From: an uncultured Thermoanaerobaculia bacterium
GTDB lineage: Bacteria; Acidobacteriota; UBA4820; DSQY01
DNA: 64,000 nucleotides
Reading direction: 5' to 3'
NCBI GenBank assembly: GCA_964589625.1
Contig: CAZPSH010000001.1
Coordinates: forward strand, 45,862 to 109,861
Shown here piece after piece: positions 49,082-58,664 of this stretch. Each line of letters opens with the position of its first letter. Positions within the stretch are counted from its first letter, which is position 1. Made by a program: the position numbers and the translations under genes. The notes below the pieces were generated by a model. That model saw nothing but the letters and a program-made list of their open reading frames with translations. It was not told the origin of the DNA and did not search any database.

Positions 49082-50163
49082 ACCCGCGCAGCCTTCTCGC
49101 CTCTTTCGGCCTGGGCACGGGTCACCACCGGGTCGCCGAGACCCTCCGCGGAAACCTCGAGGCGCTGGGGCATCGGGCTGCTGTCTCGCACCTCGAGGAC
49201 TGGGTTCCACGCGAATACGACTGGCTCTTTCGAAGGGGATACCTGGCTCTTGTGATGAAGTTCCCAAGAGGCTGGGACTTCCTGTACGGGTCCCCCTTTT
49301 TCGCCTCGCGGGGCCGCCTTGCCGTTCCCCCGCTTTCCGGTCGGGCCGCCCGCCGCTTCCAAGGGGAATCGGAGGGATCGGACCTGGTCGTAGCCACGCA
49401 GATCAACGCAATGGAAATCGCCGCCGACCTCAAAGCGTCGGGAAGGGCGAGGTTCCGGTTGGCCGTGGTGCTCACGGATTACGACTGCTACCCGGTCTGG
49501 GCCCGTCCCGAGGTGGACCTTTATCTTCTGCCTCACGAGGATTTGACCGAACCCTTCCTGGCACGGGGGGTGGCGGAGGACCGGCTTGCAGTCACGGGAA
49601 TCCCGATCGGATCCGGCTTCGAGGACATGTCGGCGGATCGGTCGGCCCTCTCCGAGCTGGGGCTGGACCGCGAGCGCCCGACGGCGCTCGTGATCGGGGG
49701 GGGGGTTGGGGCCGGACCCCTTCGGGAGGCCGCCATGGCGGCCCTGGGAATGCCCCACTGGAACGTGATCCTCGTCTGCGGCCTGAACGAGACGTTGCGG
49801 CGGGCCATGATCCCGGAAGCCCAGGACCACCCCGAGCGCCTGCGGGTTTTAGGCTACCGGACGGACCTTCCGGGGATCCTCGCCGCCTCCGACGTCCTGG
49901 TCACCAAAGGGGGCGGACTCACGCTCACGGAGGCCCTCGCCTCCGGAAAGCGGGCAGTGGTCCTGCCCAGCCTCCCGGGGCAGGAAAAGGCCAACATCGC
50001 CTTCATGGAATCGCGCCGGTGGATTGCCGTGTGCCGGGAGGTGGGCAGGATTCCCGACCACTTGGAAGCCGCTTTGGCCGCAGGACCAGGCCCCCGGCCC
50101 CTCCCCCAAAGGGCCGCCCAGAGGGCGGCAAACCTCCTGGATGGCCTCGCACGAAGGGCTTGA
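49078..50163 (+). CDS. MGDG-synthase/UgtP-like glycosyltransferase
   Basis: GTGHHRVA, VLTDY, TGIPI, GGGVG, LVTKGGGLTLTEA, PGQEKAN. Confidence 0.88.
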   Translation: MNPRSLLASFGLGTGHHRVAETLRGNLEALGHRAAVSHLEDWVPREYDWLFRRGYLALVMKFPRGWDFLYGSPFFASRGRLAVPPLSGRAARRFQGESEGSDLVVATQINAMEIAADLKASGRARFRLAVVLTDYDCYPVWARPEVDLYLLPHEDLTEPFLARGVAEDRLAVTGIPIGSGFEDMSADRSALSELGLDRERPTALVIGGGVGAGPLREAAMAALGMPHWNVILVCGLNETLRRAMIPEAQDHPERLRVLGYRTDLPGILAASDVLVTKGGGLTLTEALASGKRAVVLPSLPGQEKANIAFMESRRWIAVCREVGRIPDHLEAALAAGPGPRPLPQRAAQRAANLLDGLARRA

Positions 50164-50185
50164 ACCCAAAGACGACCTTGCGGGC

Positions 50186-52294
50186 TCACGGTTTCTTCGA
50201 TGCCTCGATCATCTCACGGACCAGAGCGTCCGCATCGTAGTACTTGTCCAATGCTTCGAGGATCCCTCGGACATCCACGGCCACGCAACGCGCCTGCCGC
50301 TCGTCGTAGACGAAGGAGTTCGGGTGGCTCTGGTCGTTCCCGTCGAAGACCAGGCCCACGAGGCTGCCGTCCCTCGCCACGACGGGGCTGCCCGAGTTCC
50401 CTCCCGTGATGTCGGCCGTGCAGACAAAATTGAGGGGTGTTTCGAGCCGCACCGAAGCCCGCCGCTCCCTCTGCCGGTCCGTGAGCACGAAGTCACCGCG
50501 GTCTCCGAAGGAGTAAGCCCGGTCGTACAAACCGTAAAAGGTCGTGAAGGGGGGCACGAGGGTGGAGGCGAAGGGATATCCGGACACCGTCCCAAAGGCC
50601 AGCCGGAGCGTTCCCGTGGCGTCCGAATAAGATTTGTCTCCGTACACCGCGAAGCCCGCCTGGGCGATGCGCGCGTAGGCGTCCTCTTCGACGGCCGTGA
50701 CGTGTTCGTCGTACCGGCGCTCCACCTCCCGGATGAAGGGATCGGCCCTCCGGGCCAGCCGAAGGAGGGGATCCTCGCTGGCCGCCACGCCCCTCCCGGC
50801 ATCCTTGAGCAGTTCCCGGCGGAAGGCGGCCTCGCCCAAGCGGGTTCCGGAAAGCGCTTTCCGCGCCGCCTCGCCTGGCGTTCTTCCTTCCAGGAGGGTT
50901 TTCACGTAGGGGTCCTCGGATCCGAACGTCTCCAGGAGCCGATTCAGGTCGTCGGTGAGGAACACCTCCTCCAAGTCGGTGTAGGTCGGGGAGGGACTTC
51001 CGAGCCGGCGAAGCACGGCGGGGAGGTCCGAGTCGTGGTAGCCCGCGATTCGCTCCGCGTCCGGCTTCCGGACCTCTTCGGCATAGCGGACGAGGGTGAG
51101 CGCGTGGGTGGTAAGACGCCCCCAGCCTCCTCCGGGCATGTCGCCTTTGAGTCGTTTCTCCGCCTCCTTCTCGGCCGCCCAGGCGTAGGCCTTCTCCAGG
51201 TCGCTCCAGGCGGAGCCATACAGGGCCTGGAGAGCGGGATCCCGCGAAACGGCCGCCAAGAGATCCGACTCGGCCGCTTTCTTCTTCGCCATGAGGGCTT
51301 CGTCCCTCAGCCCCCGGAGCTCCCCCTCGGTTGACTTCAGGGAGTTGGCGAAAAAGTAAAGGTTGGTGCGGGCCCTCCTGGCGGCCTCTGGACTTTTTGC
51401 GGAGTAGGCATTCAGGAGAGCCTGGCGGTGGAGCAGAGCCTCGATCTTCCGGGGGTGCGTCACGGTCCTGTAGTAGTTGAGGCCTGCGAGGGTGACGAGG
51501 CGGTCCGTGTCGCCCGGATGGCCGGAAACGAAGACCAGGTCTCCCTCCCGGCAACCGGCGGAATTGACGGGAAGGTAGTGGTCCACCCGGGCGGGCAGCC
51601 CTCCCTCGTAGGCGCGGAGGAAGGCCAGGTCCAGGTCGAACCGCGGGTACGTAAAATTGTCGTGGTCGCCTCCGAAAAAGGCGGCCTGCAATTCGGGCGC
51701 GAAGACCAGACGGACGTCCGTGTACTCCTTGTAGCGGTACAGGTGGTGCCGGGCTCCCCCGAAGAGGGCGACGATCTCCCCCTCGAGGCCCGTCATGCGC
51801 CGGCATTCGGATTCGATCGCGGCGGAGGCGGCGAGCCGCTTCTTCAAAGCCTCGGCCGGATTTGAGGCGCCCGCGCACGCGGCCTCGATCCGTGCGGTGA
51901 CATCCTGGATCGAGACCAGAACCCGGATCGTGAGGCCTGGGATCGGGATCTCCTTTTCGCGGGTGGGGGCGTAGAAGCCGTCCCGGACGTAGTTGTTTTC
52001 GGGGGAGGACAGGCGCTGTACAGACCCAAGGGCCACATGGTGATTCGTCAGGATGAGCCCCTCGGGAGATACGAAGGACGCCGAGGCGTGGACGTTCACC
52101 GAGGCCATGCGGAGTCGGTCCAGGAAAGCCGCGTCGGGCGCGAAGCCGTAGCGTTCCTTCAGGAGGTCCGCCGGAGGCCGCTCATAGAGCCACATCCCTT
52201 CGTCCGCCCGGACGGTAGAAGCCCCCGAGACGGCCGCGATCAGGGCCGCACAGAACACACCAAACCCGCCAGAGATCCACCGACCGGTTGCCAT
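50186..52294 (-). CDS. S46-family dipeptidyl peptidase (DPP7/DAP BII-like)
   Basis: DEGMW, TNHHVA, DITGGNSGSP, FDG at the S1 position. Confidence 0.94.
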   Translation of the reverse strand: MATGRWISGGFGVFCAALIAAVSGASTVRADEGMWLYERPPADLLKERYGFAPDAAFLDRLRMASVNVHASASFVSPEGLILTNHHVALGSVQRLSSPENNYVRDGFYAPTREKEIPIPGLTIRVLVSIQDVTARIEAACAGASNPAEALKKRLAASAAIESECRRMTGLEGEIVALFGGARHHLYRYKEYTDVRLVFAPELQAAFFGGDHDNFTYPRFDLDLAFLRAYEGGLPARVDHYLPVNSAGCREGDLVFVSGHPGDTDRLVTLAGLNYYRTVTHPRKIEALLHRQALLNAYSAKSPEAARRARTNLYFFANSLKSTEGELRGLRDEALMAKKKAAESDLLAAVSRDPALQALYGSAWSDLEKAYAWAAEKEAEKRLKGDMPGGGWGRLTTHALTLVRYAEEVRKPDAERIAGYHDSDLPAVLRRLGSPSPTYTDLEEVFLTDDLNRLLETFGSEDPYVKTLLEGRTPGEAARKALSGTRLGEAAFRRELLKDAGRGVAASEDPLLRLARRADPFIREVERRYDEHVTAVEEDAYARIAQAGFAVYGDKSYSDATGTLRLAFGTVSGYPFASTLVPPFTTFYGLYDRAYSFGDRGDFVLTDRQRERRASVRLETPLNFVCTADITGGNSGSPVVARDGSLVGLVFDGNDQSHPNSFVYDERQARCVAVDVRGILEALDKYYDADALVREMIEASKKP

Positions 52295-52395
52295 GACTCC
52301 TCCCCACGACGTGTCGGCGCCCGGCCCGCACCGCCGGTGCGCGAAAAACCTTGTACGCAACAAGGATTCCAGAAGTTTCAGCGCGTCCGGTGGGC

Positions 52396-53298
52396 TCACC
52401 CCCGCCCAGGCTGGCGCTGCCTTTTCCAAAGTGCGAAGGCGGTGGGCTGGCGGAAGCGCCCGATGACGTCGGAGGCCTCCAGGACGCTCACGAAGGCATG
52501 CGGGTCTTCGGCTCGGACGATGTCCCGAAGTTCCCGCAGTTCGTAACGCGTGATGACGCAGAGCAGGGCGTCCTGCTCCTGCCCGCTGAAGGCGCCCTGG
52601 GCCTTCAGAAGCGTCACGCCCCGCGCCATCTCGTTGAGGATCCTCCTCTGGATCTCGGTGGGGCGAGACGAGACGATCAGGACGGCCTTGCGGGGACGGG
52701 GGGCCATCATGGCGTCCATGGCCCGCCCCCCCGCGTAGATGGCCACCAGGGTATACATGGCCCTTTCGGGGCTCTCGAGGAGGCCGGAGGCCACGACAAG
52801 AGCCCCGTTGAGAAAAAGCTGAACTTCACCCACGCCCAAACTGAAGCGCCGGTTCAGAACCACGCCCAGGATATCGAATCCGCCGAGGGAGCCCCCCGAG
52901 CGGAGAGCCAGGGCACCCGCGACGCCGCCCAGGACCCCGCCGAAGATGGCGGCAAGGAGGGGGTCCTGCGTGAGCGGGGGGACGGGCAAGTAATCGGCCG
53001 TGAGCCAGAATCCCACCACCGCCGCCCCCGAAAGGGCCGCGAACCTCTTGCCCACGTCCCAGGCTCCCAGGAGAAAGATCGGGACGTTGAGGAGAAAGAC
53101 GAGGAGGCCGACGGGCCATTTGAAGAGCGCGTGGGACAGGAGGGCCAGGCCCGTGACGCCGCCGCTGAGAAGCTGGTTCGGGATGAGGAAGGCCTTCACC
53201 GCCACCACGAAGCCGAGGAGGCCAATCCCCAGAAGCGTCCAGCACCAGACGGCCGATGCGGCTTTCCTTGCCTTCAAACGGATCGCGCGGCCTCGCAT
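52396..53298 (-). CDS. YitT-family membrane protein
   Basis: LLSGGVTGLA, GGSLGGFDIL, RGVTLL, DPHAFVSV. Confidence 0.92.
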   Translation of the reverse strand: MRGRAIRLKARKAASAVWCWTLLGIGLLGFVVAVKAFLIPNQLLSGGVTGLALLSHALFKWPVGLLVFLLNVPIFLLGAWDVGKRFAALSGAAVVGFWLTADYLPVPPLTQDPLLAAIFGGVLGGVAGALALRSGGSLGGFDILGVVLNRRFSLGVGEVQLFLNGALVVASGLLESPERAMYTLVAIYAGGRAMDAMMAPRPRKAVLIVSSRPTEIQRRILNEMARGVTLLKAQGAFSGQEQDALLCVITRYELRELRDIVRAEDPHAFVSVLEASDVIGRFRQPTAFALWKRQRQPGRG

Positions 53299-53365
53299 GA
53301 CTTGAGAGCTTAGCAGAAGGCGCCTCGCCTTTGCACCCCCTGGGGACCCTTTTCCCGCCGGGTGC

Positions 53366-53394
53366 TTGCGAGAAGCGCCCGCAGGGCCTATATT
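53366..53394 (+). promoter_or_regulatory. sigma70 promoter of ssrA
   Basis: TTGCGA-17 nt-TATATT. Confidence 0.65.
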
Positions 53395-53413
53395 GCACAC
53401 GGCACGAAACCCC

Positions 53414-53759
53414 GGGGGCGAAACGGTTTCGACGGGGATGTGCGGGAGGTGGTCGCGCGCCGAGTTCCGGGCTCTCGTAAAACGACCGGAAAACTTCAAC
53501 TGCCAACGACAACTTGGCACTGGCGGCGTAAGCCCGCCACGTTCCTGATGGTTTCGCCCGCGGGCTTTCAGGAACGACGCTAGCGGGATGCTCCGGTTCG
53601 GTTCTCCCCGGCCGAATCGGAAAAGACCCAGGGGATAGCGACCCGCCGAATTGCCGGCTCCAGAGGCGGTAAGCGAAGGTTCAAGGAACCGGCTACGCGC
53701 GTAGACGCTGCCTTGGCCGGCATTTTCGGACGCGGGTTCGACTCCCGCCGCCTCCACCA
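53414..53759 (+). ncRNA. ssrA: tmRNA; tag peptide ANDNLALAA (53502-53531)
   Basis: 5' GGGGGCGAAACGGTTTCGAC, 3' GGGTTCGACTCCCGCCGCCTCCACCA, internal tag ORF. Confidence 0.97.
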
Positions 53760-53768
53760 GAAGACCTG

Positions 53769-53795
53769 AAGGGAGGGCCTCGCCCTCCCTTTTTT
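53769..53795 (+). terminator. Intrinsic terminator after ssrA
   Basis: AAGGGAGGGC-CTC-GCCCTCCCTT followed by a T-run. Confidence 0.85.
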
Positions 53796-54004
53796 GCACG
53801 CGTATGGTTTGGCTCGCGGGAGTCGAAGCCCCAGAGGGGACCCTGAGGGGCGCGAGCGAGAGCGCGACCGAAGAGGGAGCGATCGCAAGCCGCGGCCCCA
53901 GGGGAGAGGCTGGGGCCGGGAACGCTCGGGAAGGGCACGGCTTGCCCTCCGTATCGAGGGGCCCCTATACTTCGCGCATAGGCACGAAGGGAAGGGGGCC
54001 CGCC

Positions 54005-55480
54005 ATGTTCGAGACGGCGGAACTCGGCCAGCGCGTTTCGAAGGAGGCGTACAGGAAGGCCGTCGGGCCGCTCCGCAGCGCCTTGCTCGAAGTACAGAAG
54101 GATCTCGCGGCCTCGAACGTGGCGGCGGTGGTCCTCGTGGGAGGAGTGGAGGGAGCGGGGAAGGCCGAAACGATCAACCGGCTTCTGGAATGGGTGGATG
54201 CCCGTGGGGTGGAAATCCACGCCCTTTCCGATCCCACCGACGAGGAGCGCGAGCGGCCCACCATGTGGCGGTTCTGGAGGAGGCTTCCTCCGAAGGGCCG
54301 GATGGGGATCTTTCTAGGGTCCTGGTACACGGCGCCCATCGTGGAGCGGACCTTCGGGCGAATCGGGGACGGCGGCTTCCACAGACGGCTGGACGCCATC
54401 TCCGAATTCGAAAAGATGCTCGACCAGGAGGGCGTCGCCCTGGTCAAAGTCTGGCTTCACATCTCCAAGGACCTCATGCGGCGGCGCCTCAGGGACTTGG
54501 AGAAGGACGCCGAACAGCGTTGGCGGGTCACCCCGCGCGACTGGAAGTTCTTCGGAAAGTACGACCGGTTCCGGTCCGTGTCCGAGCAGGCGCTCCTGCA
54601 TACATCCACAGGGTGGGCGCCGTGGCACATCGTGGAGGCGACGGACGGCCGGTACCGCGACCTGAAGGTGGGGGAGATCCTGTTGGAGGGTCTGAAAGAG
54701 AAGTTAAGACGCCAATCGGAGGCTCCCCCCCCGGAAAGGCACCCGTATCTGGCCAAGCCGCCCGAAGTAAACGTGTTGCGAGCCCTCGACCTCGGAAAGA
54801 AAGTGGAGGAGAAGCGCTACGAAAAGGCGCTGGTGAGAAAGCAGGCCGAACTCTCCTATCTTACGCGCCGCCTTTACCAGGAGAAGCGATCTTTGATCCT
54901 GGTTTTCGAGGGACCCGACGCCGCCGGGAAGGGGGGGGCCATCCGGCGCCTCACGGCGGCCATGGACATGCGAAACGCGCGTCACATATCCATCGCCGCC
55001 CCAACGGAGGAGGAGCGCGCCCATCCCTATCTATGGCGCTTTTGGCGGCACCTGCCCCGTCTCGGACGGGTGACCATCTTCGACCGCTCCTGGTACGGGC
55101 GGGTGCTCGTGGAGAGGGTGGAGGGGTTCTGCACCAAGGCGGAGTGGCAGCGGGCCTACGCGGAGATCAACGCCTTCGAGGAAGATCTGGCGCGGTTTGG
55201 GTACATCCTGCTGAAGTTCTGGCTCGCCATCTCCGCCAGGGAGCAGTTGAGGCGGTTCAAGGAGCGTCAGGAGACTCCCTACAAGCAGTACAAGATCACG
55301 CAGGAGGATTGGCGGAACCGGGCCAAGTGGGACGCCTACGAGGCGGCGGCCCTGGACACCTTCGAGCGGACCAGCACGAGCAAGGCCCCCTGGGTGCTCG
55401 TGGAGGCCGAAGACAAGAACTACGCTCGGCTGAAGGTGCTGGAAGAGGTGATTCGGCACCTGGCCTTCCTCCGAAGGTGA
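54005..55480 (+). CDS. ppk2: Two-domain polyphosphate kinase 2 (polyP:AMP phosphotransferase)
   Basis: MFETAELG start; GVEGAGK and EGPDAAGKGG, FDRSWYGRVLVERVEG; TTGCCC-18-TATACT promoter candidate at 53942-53971. Confidence 0.94.
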   Translation: MFETAELGQRVSKEAYRKAVGPLRSALLEVQKDLAASNVAAVVLVGGVEGAGKAETINRLLEWVDARGVEIHALSDPTDEERERPTMWRFWRRLPPKGRMGIFLGSWYTAPIVERTFGRIGDGGFHRRLDAISEFEKMLDQEGVALVKVWLHISKDLMRRRLRDLEKDAEQRWRVTPRDWKFFGKYDRFRSVSEQALLHTSTGWAPWHIVEATDGRYRDLKVGEILLEGLKEKLRRQSEAPPPERHPYLAKPPEVNVLRALDLGKKVEEKRYEKALVRKQAELSYLTRRLYQEKRSLILVFEGPDAAGKGGAIRRLTAAMDMRNARHISIAAPTEEERAHPYLWRFWRHLPRLGRVTIFDRSWYGRVLVERVEGFCTKAEWQRAYAEINAFEEDLARFGYILLKFWLAISAREQLRRFKERQETPYKQYKITQEDWRNRAKWDAYEAAALDTFERTSTSKAPWVLVEAEDKNYARLKVLEEVIRHLAFLRR

Positions 55481-55596
55481 TTTCCGTCTGCAGTAGAGCC
55501 GCCAATCACGCAGCTAGGACGCGCCACAACCACGTCCTGCCAGGTCTCCGGGTCGCGTAAACGCATTCCCGCGGGAGATCCCAGCGATCGCGGCAC

Positions 55597-55642
55597 TTGT
55601 GTTCCTCGGGCCGGGGTGCTACGCTTTTCAAATAGGTGGCAC
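55597..55642 (+). promoter_or_regulatory. Promoter with overlapping NikR-like operator
   Basis: TTGTGT-17 nt-TACGCT with extended -10 TG; GTGCTAC-N13-GTGGCAC at 55616-55642. Confidence 0.65.
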
Positions 55643-55677
55643 GCCAGCCCAAAGAGGCACGGGGACGGAGAGAGGAA

Positions 55678-57645
55678 ATGGGGAAACGGAAACCAGCCGG
55701 GCAAAACAGGGGTCTTGCGGCCCTCCTCGGCTTCGTGCTGTGCGTTTGGATTCGGGGCAAGGCTCCGACGGCCACCCTAGAAGGGGAGGTGGATATCCCC
55801 GAGGAGAGGTACGCCGGATCCACCGAAGTGACGGTGAGCGCCCAACCCATCGCGGAGAGCCTGGAGAGCACTCCCCAAGGTACGATCGTGGCCGAGGTCT
55901 CCGAGGGACAGCTGGAGGACCTCCACGCCCAAGACCTGGCGGGTGCCCTGCGGCGCATTCCGGGGCTCACCATCAGCCGCTACAACCCCGTGGGCGGCTA
56001 CGGCGGAGCGGACGGTGGGGCCGTGTACATCCGGGGCCAGGGGGCGGGGCGCCCGGGGGGGGAGGTGGCCACCCTCGTGGACGGCGTTCCGGTAGTGGTC
56101 TCTGTGTGGACCCATCCCATCCTGGACCTGCTCAACACCGACGCGGCGAAGTCGATCCAGGTGTACAAAAGCCCCGAGCCCGTTCTCTTCGGAAACATGG
56201 CCTTCGGTGCCGTGAACTTGACTCCCAAGAGGCCTTCCGAGGTTGCTGGTGGCAAGGCGGTCCTCTTCGGAGGGTCCTATTCCCAGTTCGGCGTAAAGGT
56301 CGAGGAGGGCATCCCCGTGGGGCGGGGCGGGCTCTATCTGCAGGGAAGCCTCCTTCGAAGCGACGGCCACCGGGAGCACGCCGCGGGCCGGGTGGCGAGG
56401 GCCTACGGAAGGGCCGAGGTGGACCTTTCGGACAACTGGAACGCATCGTTTCAGATCCACCATACGGATTCCTGGGCCGAAGACCCCGGAAGGGAGGAGG
56501 TCCCCAGACCCCCCGTGACCCCCCGCTATCCCATACGGAACACCCTGCTCCTCGGCACCTTGGAAAACCGTTTCTCCTGGGGAGACGGGTACGTGAAGGT
56601 GTACGACAACGACGGGGTCGCCCGCTGGCTCCAGTGGGATACGGGGGCGGGCCACGCCTTCGTGACCCGGACCGAATACGAAGGGTACGGCGTGAGGATT
56701 CGACAGAACCTCGCGCCTTGGGCCGGCGGGCGCATTACCGTGGGAATGGACGACGACGTCTTCGGCGGACATTTTCAGGAACTCCGGCCTTACCCGACGC
56801 GCCCGAGCCCTCGGCGGCTCTTCCGAAACCGGGCTCCCTATCTTCTTTTAAGCCAGACCTTCGGAGAGGCCCTCCGGGTCACTCCTTCCTTCGGGATCCG
56901 GGTCAACGACGCCCGCTACTTCGAAGATCAGACCGGTCGCCAGTTCGGCCTCACGGCGGTCTGGAAAGGGCTCGTCTTCCACGCCGGGCGCTCCCGCTCC
57001 TTCAACTATCCCGGCGTGTACGCCGCCGTCATGTTCGGCCCGTCCTATCCGGATCGGAAATGGACGGGCCTGAAGGCCGAAACCTTGACGCACGCGGAGC
57101 TGGGGGCGGGGTACGACGCGGGAGGTCCCGTCTCCGCTGACCTGACCCTCTTTTCGGACGAGGTGGAAGATGCCCTCCGCTTCGCGCCTCCCCCGCCTTT
57201 CCCGCCCGGTTTCGTCAACATCGGCGCCTACACGGTCAAGGGCGCCATGGGGGAACTGAGGCTGGCCCCCTCGCCGCGGGTTGCCATGTTCTTGGGCGCA
57301 TGCACGACCTCCACGGGACGCGCGGATGTCCCCGAAACGCCCAAGTGGACCCTCTCGGGCGGCGTTACGGCGGTGGCGGCCGGAGGGATCCGGATCTCCG
57401 GTGACGCACAATACGTTGGGGCGCGAAACGTGCTGAATCCCCGCTTCGCGCGCACCCAGGAGCGGATCGGAGCGTATTTCCTCCTCAACGCGAGGATCGC
57501 CAAATGCCTGCGAGAGGCCGGCTCGGGCGCTTCGGGCGAAGTTTACGTGGCTGGAGAGAACCTCCTCGACCGGGATTACTCTTTCCGCCCCGGCTATCCC
57601 ATGGCAGGGATCAACGGGTCCGTCGGCCTGGCGTTGCGCTGGTAA
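55678..57645 (+). CDS. TonB-dependent outer-membrane receptor (predicted nickel)
   Basis: EVTVSA TonB box, plug (LRRIPGL, IRG, LVDGVP, IQVYKSP), GENLLD, terminal W. Confidence 0.92.
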   Translation: MGKRKPAGQNRGLAALLGFVLCVWIRGKAPTATLEGEVDIPEERYAGSTEVTVSAQPIAESLESTPQGTIVAEVSEGQLEDLHAQDLAGALRRIPGLTISRYNPVGGYGGADGGAVYIRGQGAGRPGGEVATLVDGVPVVVSVWTHPILDLLNTDAAKSIQVYKSPEPVLFGNMAFGAVNLTPKRPSEVAGGKAVLFGGSYSQFGVKVEEGIPVGRGGLYLQGSLLRSDGHREHAAGRVARAYGRAEVDLSDNWNASFQIHHTDSWAEDPGREEVPRPPVTPRYPIRNTLLLGTLENRFSWGDGYVKVYDNDGVARWLQWDTGAGHAFVTRTEYEGYGVRIRQNLAPWAGGRITVGMDDDVFGGHFQELRPYPTRPSPRRLFRNRAPYLLLSQTFGEALRVTPSFGIRVNDARYFEDQTGRQFGLTAVWKGLVFHAGRSRSFNYPGVYAAVMFGPSYPDRKWTGLKAETLTHAELGAGYDAGGPVSADLTLFSDEVEDALRFAPPPPFPPGFVNIGAYTVKGAMGELRLAPSPRVAMFLGACTTSTGRADVPETPKWTLSGGVTAVAAGGIRISGDAQYVGARNVLNPRFARTQERIGAYFLLNARIAKCLREAGSGASGEVYVAGENLLDRDYSFRPGYPMAGINGSVGLALRW

Positions 57646-57662
57646 AGGGAGGGGAACAGCCC

Positions 57663-58664
57663 ATGCACATTCCGGACGGCTATCTGGGACCGGCCACCGC
57701 TCTCGCGACCTGGGGGATCATGATCCCCGTCTGGGGAGCGGCCCTGCGGCATCTTCGCAAGCGCCTAGACGTGCGTCGAATCCCCCTCCTTTCCCTGGGC
57801 GCCGCCTTCTCCTTTCTCGTCATGATGTTCAACATCCCCATACCCGGGGGGACCACGGGCCACGCGGTTGGCAGCGTGCTCGTAGCCCTTCTCCTAGGAC
57901 CGTGGGCCGCCGTGATCTCCGTGTCCCTGGCCCTGGCCCTGCAAGCGCTCCTATTCGGGGACGGAGGGATCACGGCCCTGGGCGCCAACTGCCTGACCAT
58001 GGCGGTGGTCATGCCCGCCGCGGGGTGGGCTGTCTTCCGCCTGGTGGGGACGACGGCGCCCGAAACCCGCCGCCGGTACCTGGCGGCCGGATTCGCGGGG
58101 TACGCGGGCCTGAACGCCGCGGCCCTCGCCACGTCGGTCCTCCTCGGCATTCAGCCGCTCCTGGCGAGCGATGCTTCGGGACGGCCTTTGTACTGTCCCT
58201 ACGGACTTGGCGTGGCCGTCCCCGTGATGGCCGCCGAACACCTTCTGCTCTTCGGCTTCGTGGAAGCCATCGTGACCGCAGTGGCGCTGAAATGGCTGGA
58301 CAGGACCGAACCGGGGCTGGCCGCCGCGCCTCCCGCCTCGGCCCCGCCCCCGCGCTCCCTGAGCTTGTGGCGGGGGCTCCTCGTCCTGCTCGTCTTGACG
58401 CCCATGGGCTTCCTCCTTCCGCGATGGGCAGGGGCAGGGGCGGCTTGGGGCGAGTGGTCGCCCGAGGGTCTGGCCGCCCTGCTGGGGTACGTGCCGGCGC
58501 GGCTCGAACGGTGGGCGGCCTTCTGGAGGGCGCCCGTGCCCGACTACGCGGAGGAAGCCGGTCCCCTGGGATACCTGCTCGCGGGCGCCTTGGGGCTCGC
58601 GGTCCTCGGGGTCCTGTACCTGGGCTTGCGGACCGTCACGCGCGTTAGGGGCGACCGTGGCTGA
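57663..58664 (+). CDS. nikMN: ECF Ni/Co transporter S component, NikM/CbiM fused to NikN-like domain
   Basis: N-terminal MHIPDGYL, GGTTGH, ALLFGDGG, C-terminal WRAPVPDY. Confidence 0.88.
   Translation: MHIPDGYLGPATALATWGIMIPVWGAALRHLRKRLDVRRIPLLSLGAAFSFLVMMFNIPIPGGTTGHAVGSVLVALLLGPWAAVISVSLALALQALLFGDGGITALGANCLTMAVVMPAAGWAVFRLVGTTAPETRRRYLAAGFAGYAGLNAAALATSVLLGIQPLLASDASGRPLYCPYGLGVAVPVMAAEHLLLFGFVEAIVTAVALKWLDRTEPGLAAAPPASAPPPRSLSLWRGLLVLLVLTPMGFLLPRWAGAGAAWGEWSPEGLAALLGYVPARLERWAAFWRAPVPDYAEEAGPLGYLLAGALGLAVLGVLYLGLRTVTRVRGDRG

Noticed and set aside
53855-53895. Glycine riboswitch-like words (GAGAG...CCGAAG...GGAGC)
   Set aside because: No CTCTCAGG motif; lies upstream of the ppk2 promoter candidate
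55481-55677. Cobalamin or NiCo riboswitch upstream of the TBDT
   Set aside because: No B12-box or GGGAA...CCC/ACTG core recognised; the leader after the promoter is only about 45 nt
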